A stretch of 20,000 bases of DNA from the NCBI GenBank assembly GCA_030167865.1, contig JALAGF010000415.1, positions 55,022-75,021 of the forward strand, given 5' to 3'. How positions within the stretch are numbered: the first letter of the stretch is position 1; each line of letters begins with the position of its first letter. A program made the position numbers and the translations under genes. Positions 9,801 to 17,401 of this stretch are shown here, in pieces. This DNA is from Craspedostauros australis (lineage: Eukaryota). Below the pieces are notes generated by a model. It searched no databases. It saw only the letters and a program-made list of their open reading frames with translations, and was not told the origin of the DNA.

Positions 9801-12800
9801 GACAGTATTGGCCTTGGAGAGACCTGTCTCTTCGTCGACGTCAAATACGAGGTCTTGGACAAGCTCAAAGACCGTGCTGAAGAGATCCCCGTACTGGCCT
9901 TGGCCAGTCGCGGTCATGGCTTTTGCGTCATTGGGCTTGAGGAGGAGATCGCGGAAATCAATGAATGCATCCACGCTTGCTTGCAGTGATGTTTTGGCGC
10001 AAGCGAAATTGTCCTCGTCGTTCATGTAGTACTTGGCCCAGTTGTTCAGCATGGCCTTAACGGTGGTGTCAAACACCCCCGTGAGAGAGGAACGGATGAG
10101 ATCACCGTAGACCTCGTCGATGATGGCGGTGGTCCGTTTCATGGCGGCATCCAGTTCCTTTGATCGGAAGCCATCCACATTGAGCGTGTTGATCTTGCCT
10201 ACGGACATTTGCAACCTGGTGAGTTCTACTGCTTCTGCTGTGGACATGAAGCACTGCAGGATGTTGCTCATATCAAGAAGCGATCCGAGCTCCATTGAGC
10301 CCAACGAATCCAGGTTGATTGCCATCATCATCATGAGGTCGAGATCGATGTCGAACAATTCGATGGAGAGCACCAAATCTTCCTCTTCTCGTAGCAGTCT
10401 CGACACAGATTCGCTGTTGTCCGTGACGATCGACACCACGATCTCGACCTTCAGTTCATCCCAGGAGAATTTGTTGTCGATGGTCTGCGCTCCGATGAAG
10501 TCCAATGCTTCGAAGGTTGTGATGGTGTCCAGCCCGACGATCTTCACTTCTTTCATCCGCACGAACATGTCATCCGTGCCGACCTTCAGATCATCGAATT
10601 CAAACCGGAAGGAACCATCCTCCTCCAGGATCAACGATCGGAGGATGTTGTTGATTTCAAGATCGCCCTTGCTATCCTTCTTGCGGAAGTATCGCAGCAA
10701 TCGTTCGATGCCCACATCAGCCCACGAACCAATGAGATTGTCAAAGTCGGTGAAGTTCATCAGTCGTACGTCGTCCCCCACCTCGAGGTTTTGTTCCGCT
10801 TCCAGGGGACCTGCATCGGACGGGACGTAATCGGCATGGCTCTCTGCCACAACGACAGTCAAGATCTGAACGCCGACGGCGGCTGTGAAGGCGATGTCCT
10901 CAAGGGCTTCGTACGGGAGGGCGGGGAAGTCCGTGCTAATCGAGCTGTCGTCAGCGAAGGTGCTGTCGAAGTTGGGGCTGCTCGGGCATGTCTTTGCGCC
11001 CTCCACAACAAACGTATCCAGAATGTCCTGGAGGTATTGCCCCCGGATCAGATCGATGCCGATATCGATCAGCCGCCCCTCGATGATGTCGGAAATGCCT
11101 TCCTCTTCCAACGTGTTCATCACATCTGGAAGCACGTAGAGGCCTGGGCTGGTGCAGTTTGAGCAGGAGATGTCGAACCGCATGGAAGACAGCATCAGGG
11201 AGAAGTATTCAAGGGCGAGCCCTGGTGCGATGCTCCCGTCACTGACCGCGGATGCCATGAGGGCAAACCAGCAATCGGCGGAGCCGATGTCCTTCAGCGG
11301 GAATGATAGCAACGCATCCGGTTGGATCTGCGCGAGAACGACGGCGACAAGGTCAGTGCTGACGACCTCGACGATGACATCCAGGTTGTTGCTCATCGAA
11401 AGCGCGGGGTCGCCGGTGATGTCGATCAATGCCTTCAGCAAGAATTGCAGCGGGCGTCCAGCATGTCCGATGATCGCACGGTTGTCCAACATCGAGATGT
11501 GGGTGATGTTTGGCTCAAGCAGCTCGATTGGAAAACCGAGGGTGTTGATGTTGGTCAGCGTCGGGTCGTAGGCTTTGATTTCGACCGAATCCAATCCGAG
11601 CGTCTCGAATGAGCTCTTTCCAGCATCGAAGAGCGCTCCTGGGAAGACGAACGACCCCTCCGTTCCAGACTGTCTTTTGGTGAGAGGGTCGATGGCGATG
11701 GAATTGATCTTCGGCATGCCTGTCTCCTTGTCCATCACCAGCAGCTCGGAATCGATGATGCTGCGCAGCAATGGTGGCACGTCTCCGTACAGGTCGAGGT
11801 CAGAATCGAAGAATTTGCCAAAATCGATGAACTTCGAGCTGTCGGGATTGGCCGGTGGGCTGCAGCTGGTGGTCTCCATCAGGCTCTCGGCGAATCCATT
11901 GAGGAGCTTCCGGATGGTATCGTCGAACACTTGAGGTGCGGCCGACGTGATACGCTCCGTGTACTTGTCGAAGAGCTCGTTGATGAAGTCTTCGACGATG
12001 GGCGATGATTCCTCGTCGAGCCCGGTGAAGACGGGCCTATCGATGTTTCCGACAGTGGCCAGGAACTGAGTAATCTCCAGTCGCTTGGTGGCGGCCAGGA
12101 AGCATGGCAGAATGTTTGTGGTGTCCAGGAAGGAGCCGATCTCCAAATTTCCGAGCAGGTCCTTGCCCAGGGCGAAGAAGACCGTGGCTGTGGCATCGAT
12201 GTCTTGGAAGGCGAAGTTGGCAGTAAACTTCTCAACTTGCGCTCCTGGGAGCTTTCGCCACGTCATGATCAGCTCCAGTCGCAATTCTTTGATGGCTACG
12301 TGATTGTTGAACGTTTGCGCCGCGATGACATCCCAGATGTCGAACTTGGAGAATGAGTCGATCCCGCTGAGGATGAGGCCCGTGAGGCCGATCTCATATC
12401 CTGCGAGCTCAAATTTGACCTCCTCGAACTCCCAGCTCAGCGATTCCTGATCCTTCAAGATCCAATCGCGGAGCTCGACGTTTACCCCGAGATCTTCCTG
12501 CGCAACGCCGTTGTCGGTGGTCGCGTTGTTGCCAAGGTAGTCCGTCAGCTCTTCGATGGCGGCATCCACGAAGATTCCCAGGTTACCGGTCATGTTGGCC
12601 CAGCTGATGGTGTCATTGTAGTCCACCCATTCATTCTGCGCAGAAAGCGGGTCTGTTGGCTCTGGAGCCTCCAACCGCTGGCTGTCGAATAGGATCATGA
12701 CAGCGACTGGCGCCGCAACAGCGACTGCGAAGAAGGCAGTGTCGATCGATTCTTCCTCAACTTCTGGAAAGCTCGCCAGGCCGTAGTCGTTGTACTCGGC

Positions 12801-15641
12801 GTTTTCATCGTAGTTGGGATCGTTGGGGCAGAACTTGGGGGCATTGGCAAGCCATTGATCCAGCAGCGATCGCAGCCATGAGCCGTTCATAATGTCGCCC
12901 GCCAATCCGCTCAGTCGGTTTTGCAGATGGCGGAAGACGCCGTTGGATCGCATGAGTTCCATCATTTCTGGGACGAGGACGATGCCGGGACTGTTGCTTG
13001 ATAGGAAGTTCACGTCGAATCCCATGTTCTGGAGCAGGAGATAGGCGTCACGGATAGAAAGATGGTGGCTCGAAGAGGAGCCAACCGTCCGTTGCCCGTT
13101 GCTGTCGAGCTCTGGCGCTGGGATGAGCGACAGCCAGCAGTTGTAGTTGAGAACGTCGCGGAGGGCGAAGTTCTGCATCCTGGCCTCGTCTACGTTTGCG
13201 ATGAACGTTGCTGATAGTCCAGCCTTGTCGATAACGAAGCTCATGTCCATGTCGTTGTTCATGCTGAGGGCGGAGTCTGGATCGTCGCCCTCGACGACGA
13301 GCTTGAATCCCACCGTGAGGTTGAGTGGCTTGTCATCGACAGGGCCCATGCTGATGCTGTTGCCGAGGATGTTGCCTCGGTTGCCTGGAGCCAGAAGAGT
13401 GGCGGGACCTGTCAAGATGTTGAGGTTGTCGATGCGAGCGTTGTACAGCGCGACTTCGAACCGGCTGATGAAACTGCGGGCCAAGTCCAGATCGATCTGA
13501 GTCTTGATGTAATCAAAGATGGTTCCTGGGAACGACAGCAGACCCTCCTTTCCGGACTGGCCCTCCGTGAGGGGATCGATCAAGATGGAATTGAGCTTGA
13601 GAAGGTTGTTGGTGTCGCTCTCGGGCTCCAGCAGCTGCTGACGGATGAGGTCAAACACGGTGTACGCCAGGTCTCCGTACGGGGAGGTTCCGGAGCCGCC
13701 GTACAGTGCTGCTAGGCTGGGCTTCAGCAGAAGATCGCGAAAATCGAGAAACTGTCTGCTAGAAGTTACGGTCGGGCACACGTCGTTGCCCGGCTCGTCC
13801 ATGTAGGCCTTGATGACATCGTTGTTGACGATGTTGCGGATGGTTTCCTGGAAGATGCGAGGCAAGGCTCGCAGAACGACGCCCTCGTACATCTCGAAGG
13901 CGGCCTCGACAGCGTCCGTGACGAAGCGGTCGATGCCGGCGGACACGAAGCCCTTGAGGGACGGCGAGCGCAGGTTGTCGAGGCGGACGAAGAGCCCGGA
14001 TATTTCGGCCACGTCGATGGTGGAGAGGAGGCAGGGGAGCAGGTTCTTGGTGTCCAGGAGCGGGCCGATGGTCATCGAACCGAGCTTGTCCTGATCGATG
14101 GCCATGAAGAGGGAGGCGAGGACGTCGACGCCGTCAACTCCGAAGTCGATCTTGATGTTCTCCACAAAGCCATCGGAGCTTGGATTGTCGAGGATGGAAT
14201 CCGCCCTCGTCGATGGTTTGACTGTCACCGTGATGTCGAACTCGAGCGTCAGGTAGTCCCACTTCAATTCGTTCTGCAGCGTGTGCTTGCCGATGGCCAC
14301 GAGAGGTTCGAACTTGGAGAAGGTGTCGAGGCCGAAGACCTCTACCGAGTTGAGCTCGATAGTGGTCTCCGTGAGCTGGTCGTGGCCTTGGTAGAGGATA
14401 GTGTCGAAACCGGCAGCGGCCATGTCAACGACGAAGCTTCCGTCCTCCTCCAGTAGGTAGTCGCGGAGGAAGACGTTGACGCCCAGGTCCTTCTGACCTG
14501 GCCCGCTGGCGGGGTCATCCAGCTCTGTGCCGAGCAGGGCGTCGGCCTCCTCCAGAACCTGGTCAAACCAGGCACCGATCAAGGTACCCGTCTCTTGGAA
14601 GTTGAGGAACTCCTTGCCCGCCGAGTCCGTGTTCTTTTCCGTGTAGAGAGGATCCGTGAGCTCTGGACCCATTGCGACAAGGTACGGCTCCAGGGTGTCG
14701 TCGGCAAGATCCAAAATCTCCTGGAACATGCCGGAGTCCAGGCTGTTGAGCTCCTTGCACGCAACGTCCTTGATGAGGCCCCCGAGCAAGCCGTAAAGGC
14801 GCGATTCGAAGGCCTCCAGGACGTCTCCGAGGGCGTCACCGTAGGAATCCAACCGCGTGAACTTGACGTTCATTTCGCAGCTGTTGACGTTGGTTTCGTA
14901 GGGAGGCAGGGAGCCGAAGTTGTAGGATTTGAAGCTGAGGCTGGTGGTGATGGTGCTGTTTTCGATCACGCCCAATGCGTCGCCGTCGCCATCCCGGTAA
15001 TGGTCGTATTCGTAGTCCAATGTGCATCGCAGGTTGACTCCTGTGATGCTGAGGAGCACATCGATCCGCTGCGGGCTGACGACCCGGTGAGTGATGGAGA
15101 TGTCGCCCACGGAGATTTGGAAGCAGACGATGTTGTCCAGGCTGACCCTGAGCCGCTTGAGGGCCACCATCTTTGTGAAGTACTGATCCTCGATCTTGAT
15201 GCGTGCGTCGTTGAACAGCTCGTTGAACTCGTCAAAGTCTCCCAGCTTGCGATGCTGCCGCCCTTCTGCGATCGCCATCGCATCATTCGCAGCGGCTTGC
15301 TCTTCATTCTTGATTTGCAATGCTCTGTACAGCAACGTGGACAGTGAGCTGCCCGCGTCGCTGCTTTCATCCTGCTGGTCGTCATGGTGGTCGTCATGGT
15401 GGTCGTCATGGTGGCCGGCGAGCTCGTTGCGCTCGAGCAAGTAGTTGTCGGCAGACTCCAGCAGCGGCAATGAAAGTGTCTGTGATTGCGATCCCAGTTG
15501 CGGTTCCGGATCAGCGTGTGTTGACGTTGGCAAGTCCGCGTATGGCAAAGCCACTATCGTAGACGACAAAAACGCCGCGCACGCGAAGAGCGGAAGCAGC
15601 AGCGCTGTCGCCCTGGTGGACGGATAGTTGAGCAGCTTCAT
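6894..15641 (-). CDS. Giant (2915 aa) secretory-pathway membrane protein: signal peptide, BPI/TULIP-like repeated ectodomain, two PqiA/LetA-like transmembrane domains
   Basis: Single 8.7-kb ORF from ATG to TAA. Hydrophobic signal peptide (ATALLLPLFACAAFLSSTIVA). Three internal repeats. TM FLLAVGATCLSLVAIVAFLMCTI followed by RRRHRR. PqiA-type motifs FSGLWPYSKQL...LGKWSMVDIFVLVISL and FSVLVVPVLQ...LQAWQYAEVYLIAIFVA. Confidence 0.9.
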   Translation of the reverse strand: MKLLNYPSTRATALLLPLFACAAFLSSTIVALPYADLPTSTHADPEPQLGSQSQTLSLPLLESADNYLLERNELAGHHDDHHDDHHDDQQDESSDAGSSLSTLLYRALQIKNEEQAAANDAMAIAEGRQHRKLGDFDEFNELFNDARIKIEDQYFTKMVALKRLRVSLDNIVCFQISVGDISITHRVVSPQRIDVLLSITGVNLRCTLDYEYDHYRDGDGDALGVIENSTITTSLSFKSYNFGSLPPYETNVNSCEMNVKFTRLDSYGDALGDVLEAFESRLYGLLGGLIKDVACKELNSLDSGMFQEILDLADDTLEPYLVAMGPELTDPLYTEKNTDSAGKEFLNFQETGTLIGAWFDQVLEEADALLGTELDDPASGPGQKDLGVNVFLRDYLLEEDGSFVVDMAAAGFDTILYQGHDQLTETTIELNSVEVFGLDTFSKFEPLVAIGKHTLQNELKWDYLTLEFDITVTVKPSTRADSILDNPSSDGFVENIKIDFGVDGVDVLASLFMAIDQDKLGSMTIGPLLDTKNLLPCLLSTIDVAEISGLFVRLDNLRSPSLKGFVSAGIDRFVTDAVEAAFEMYEGVVLRALPRIFQETIRNIVNNDVIKAYMDEPGNDVCPTVTSSRQFLDFRDLLLKPSLAALYGGSGTSPYGDLAYTVFDLIRQQLLEPESDTNNLLKLNSILIDPLTEGQSGKEGLLSFPGTIFDYIKTQIDLDLARSFISRFEVALYNARIDNLNILTGPATLLAPGNRGNILGNSISMGPVDDKPLNLTVGFKLVVEGDDPDSALSMNNDMDMSFVIDKAGLSATFIANVDEARMQNFALRDVLNYNCWLSLIPAPELDSNGQRTVGSSSSHHLSIRDAYLLLQNMGFDVNFLSSNSPGIVLVPEMMELMRSNGVFRHLQNRLSGLAGDIMNGSWLRSLLDQWLANAPKFCPNDPNYDENAEYNDYGLASFPEVEEESIDTAFFAVAVAAPVAVMILFDSQRLEAPEPTDPLSAQNEWVDYNDTISWANMTGNLGIFVDAAIEELTDYLGNNATTDNGVAQEDLGVNVELRDWILKDQESLSWEFEEVKFELAGYEIGLTGLILSGIDSFSKFDIWDVIAAQTFNNHVAIKELRLELIMTWRKLPGAQVEKFTANFAFQDIDATATVFFALGKDLLGNLEIGSFLDTTNILPCFLAATKRLEITQFLATVGNIDRPVFTGLDEESSPIVEDFINELFDKYTERITSAAPQVFDDTIRKLLNGFAESLMETTSCSPPANPDSSKFIDFGKFFDSDLDLYGDVPPLLRSIIDSELLVMDKETGMPKINSIAIDPLTKRQSGTEGSFVFPGALFDAGKSSFETLGLDSVEIKAYDPTLTNINTLGFPIELLEPNITHISMLDNRAIIGHAGRPLQFLLKALIDITGDPALSMSNNLDVIVEVVSTDLVAVVLAQIQPDALLSFPLKDIGSADCWFALMASAVSDGSIAPGLALEYFSLMLSSMRFDISCSNCTSPGLYVLPDVMNTLEEEGISDIIEGRLIDIGIDLIRGQYLQDILDTFVVEGAKTCPSSPNFDSTFADDSSISTDFPALPYEALEDIAFTAAVGVQILTVVVAESHADYVPSDAGPLEAEQNLEVGDDVRLMNFTDFDNLIGSWADVGIERLLRYFRKKDSKGDLEINNILRSLILEEDGSFRFEFDDLKVGTDDMFVRMKEVKIVGLDTITTFEALDFIGAQTIDNKFSWDELKVEIVVSIVTDNSESVSRLLREEEDLVLSIELFDIDLDLMMMMAINLDSLGSMELGSLLDMSNILQCFMSTAEAVELTRLQMSVGKINTLNVDGFRSKELDAAMKRTTAIIDEVYGDLIRSSLTGVFDTTVKAMLNNWAKYYMNDEDNFACAKTSLQASVDAFIDFRDLLLKPNDAKAMTATGQGQYGDLFSTVFELVQDLVFDVDEETGLSKANTVMIGPLLKDQSNTTGTFAFEGSLFDTETSIQAGGLDATVELRVSNMRIENLDTLGYPVSILQPMMGSPFELNNSGVFATEDRPLRFSARLLLSILGDDNLQVRNEVDLELDLYTASIFIQGLLRIADQRFRSFPLKSLLNWNCWLAIIPAPQLDKRGVRLPDEVPNVQLVDLAASAAELRLNITCVECSSPEMYELADFLSSPEAREGVTEVGNELINYIERLLGGNYLSLEVDRMLNDAMMKCPHLPTYEENFSKVTYEAFEVEPRESNASFLLAVGATCLSLVAIVAFLMCTIRCIVRRRHRRWLRTLSKSKVDRILRMQRRQRDMDDELNETTHSLFTSPILPLWLRISMPLIILGNIGFFLSGHLSLGATVNIQGKLAGESFSVEQFFEFSMAKSTIDIWNAGGRELAVMIFLFSGLWPYSKQLITLALWFLPPSRVPVSRRGSILVWLDCLGKWSMVDIFVLVISLAAFRVSVQSPDVAFLPNGFYSLDLLVVPLWGLYANMIAQLISQVSSHFIIHYHRKIVDVATKKYKAERDKLGDIVGDQECLGGEQSSTPALMDMKAKRTQLATHTFTRPHRGEREKLVPRRGVSVVVSVTAAALCVLVVWGCLMPSFSLELLGMVGVAVESGQGFTEANTDHTVFTIVELLMEQAEFLGGTSDLIGLGTLSALLVFSVLVVPVLQAIALLVQWVLPVAPKLRWRMAILIEMLQAWQYAEVYLIAIFVASWQLGQVSEFMINSYCESLEPTFNQLVYVGILKSEDAQCFSIESRIENGSYVLAAGAVLLALLNTFVMKAVNQFFRDQDELERKTLDDEIASSQGLLLQDSSSETSSNIEIDVDDDLHVVVRPVPVLFTDTFRWALRGLMGRPPPRASKNCVQSVVRSASSEDANQQSSSAMRALDGPRMKKHGGVGDDDDNDSDYGPEITDNGKVLVYDTGDDQPIQPMLDYESVAHSTAATPQDIVAA
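7400..8025 (-). other. PqiA/LetA-like membrane domain 2 (diverged), within the 2915-aa CDS
   Basis: TM ending LMPSFSL, then TVFTIVELL, LLVFSVLVVPVLQ, LQAWQYAEVYLIAIFVASWQL and NGSYVLAAGAVLL, collinear with domain 1. Confidence 0.7.
8225..8765 (-). other. PqiA/LetA-like membrane domain 1, within the 2915-aa CDS
   Basis: Order TM - 'FEFSMAKSTIDIWNAGGRELAVMIFLFSGLWPYSK' - 'LDCLGKWSMVDIFVLVI' - 'VVPLWGLY' - TM matches the bacterial PqiA pattern (S-I-x-x-L-W ... F-S-x-x-x-P-x-x-K ... I-G-R/K-W-S-M-x-D-V-F ... G-x-Y/F). Confidence 0.8.
8990..14660 (-). repeat. Three tandem diverged protein-level repeats (~667, ~614 and ~610 aa) in the ectodomain
   Basis: Collinear motifs: DLGVNVFLRDYLL / DLGVNVELRDWIL / DLEINNILRSLIL; GLDTF / GIDSF / GLDTI; LLDTKNLLPC / FLDTTNILPC / LLDMSNILQC; FLDF..YGD / FIDF..YGD / FIDF..YGD; NCWL / DCWF / NCWL; CPNDPNY / CPSSPNF / CPHLPTY. 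Unit starts at ~14657, ~12656 and ~10814. Confidence 0.9.
15377..15414 (-). repeat. 12-bp tandem repeat x3 encoding (HHDD)3 in the pro-region
   Basis: + strand reads GGTCGTCATGGT x3; translation GHHDDHHDDHHDDQQD. Confidence 0.9.
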
Positions 15642-15708
15642 CTCGTTGGTGCTATTTGTTTGCGTTGCGAATTTGTGAGCAGCACGGATGATGTGGATAG
15701 CTGGCTGC

Positions 15709-15742
15709 CGGTGTTGTTGTGTTGTTTGGTTTTGCTGCTGGT
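15709..15742. repeat. Imperfect (TGT)n/(TGC)n tract, reading (ACA)n on the coding strand, in the likely 5' UTR or promoter of the 2915-aa gene
   Basis: ggtgttgttgtgttgtttggttttgctgctgg, 70-100 nt upstream of the ATG. Confidence 0.55.
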
Positions 15743-16087
15743 GGAGTTATGAGATATCGATTACGAGCAACCCGTACGAGTACGAGTATGTGTATGTTGG
15801 GGTTGTCGTGTTGCCGTGTTGCCGTGTTGCTGGCGTGTTGAATTATGATCAAGGGGAAGATGGATCAGCGCACGAGTCCCACAAAGGTTGGGCTGGTCGC
15901 ACAGTCAATGATGCGTTGCTTTGTTTGTGTCCACCCCACCATCCAACAGGAAGCAGAGGAAGGACAGCGTTGGATCGAATGTACGACTTGTGTCTGAGTC
16001 CTGCGGTTTGACAACCGCGCTTCTTCCGAGCTCCTCGCTGTTGTTGCTCTCTGTTTTGTTGTGCTTGTTCAGAGAGGGTTTGCGTCC

Positions 16088-16141
16088 ATGATGATAGCGA
16101 TGATGGTGATGATGATGATGGCGATAGTGATGATGAGGATG
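16088..16141. repeat. Imperfect (GAT)n trinucleotide microsatellite
   Basis: atgatgatagcgatgatggtgatgatgatgatggcgatagtgatgatgaggatg. Confidence 0.8.
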
Positions 16142-17401
16142 TGCAGAAGACGGAAGGGCAAGGGAGGTGACGATCCCCCCGCGCAGAGTCCGGTGAACAC
16201 GAAGGAGCGACCAGTCAAAGAAGAGAGATGCCGAAACGGAACAGCACTCGTCATACACGCAATCATGGGAGGAAACCGCACAAACCGCGATTGGTTGCAT
16301 TCCCACCAACGCATGCGGGGCAGTTTTCGGGTTTGGCCTTTTGCTTCCGAATGAATCGTGGAGTGCGACTGAGTCGTGACGAAAAAGGTCTTCCTTCGTC
16401 GATTCCCGGACAAAACTCACAACGATGTTTATCGCGCAATGTCCACCATGTCCATCTCTCGTGACTGATCAATTGCTGTGAGCGGTTTGCGTGCCTTTGC
16501 AGAGCTGAAGCACGCGGAGCCGTTTGTCACGGAGTTCGATTGGTCCCGTGGCGCCCTCATTGGCACTTCGCCCAAACCAGAAGCAATCGTACCAATTCCG
16601 TATCGTCTTTGTCCTCCCGCGTGGGGGTTGCAGGTGCTTCTTGTGCTGGCGCTTCCAGCTTCCGACAAAGCGTTTGGGAGACACGCAGAGAGAAGCATCG
16701 GCGCTGCTTGCGCTCGCATTGGTGGACTCTCTATTGCCTCACTGTCACGCCACGCCCAACAAGTGAGGTGGTGACGCCATGAGCAATTGCAACCCCCAAT
16801 TCATCATTGCTCTCTTGCACGGAGAGCCCTCCATAGATCGCATAACCAGCGAGATAGCCACACATCCAAAGCCAAGATCAGTGCTGTGTTCCGAGGGTGC
16901 CGAAACTTGGAGATCGTGCGTATCATTGTGAGTATCCGAAGAGTAGAGACTACCCGAAGGCGAGACTTGAACTGCAAACAAACAATCGAGCGCTTCATGA
17001 GTCCGTACAATCGCCTCCAACTCAAACGACGACTGATCGGTAGCAAGTGTCGCGACTCGGAAGCAAAAGCGTCTTTCGTTGTTAGTCACAACGCAAGCAC
17101 TTGTGCAGTCCCGCCTTTCTTCAGATCGAAGAGGAAAGGTCTATCTTCAACCGCGTAGACTTCAGGCATTCCACCCACACAAGAAATCAATTCGAGGAAA
17201 GTTGACCCATTCGACTATACTAGATCACATCATCACCGAAAACTAACCTCGAATGTATGCAACGAGCTATTGTATGTACGACTACGAGTACTACCTACTG
17301 AAAGCAAAAAGAATGATCTCCATGCGCTTTACCACACGAGTACTATACGAGTACTTTACACTTCTGCCTACTCTATCTTTAATCTGCAATCACAAATTCA
17401 C

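Noticed and set aside
7263-9989. Long + strand ORFs 7263..8609 (448 aa), 8700..9989 (429 aa) and 8341..9030
   Set aside because: Antisense shadows of the 2915-aa gene, expected from its codon bias; no recognisable domains.
15905-16420. 171-aa minus ORF with poly-His
   Set aside because: The His run is simply the (GAT)n microsatellite; no ATG-supported, domain-bearing product.
16787-17158. 123-aa basic + strand ORF
   Set aside because: TTG start, no recognisable motif, length expected by chance.
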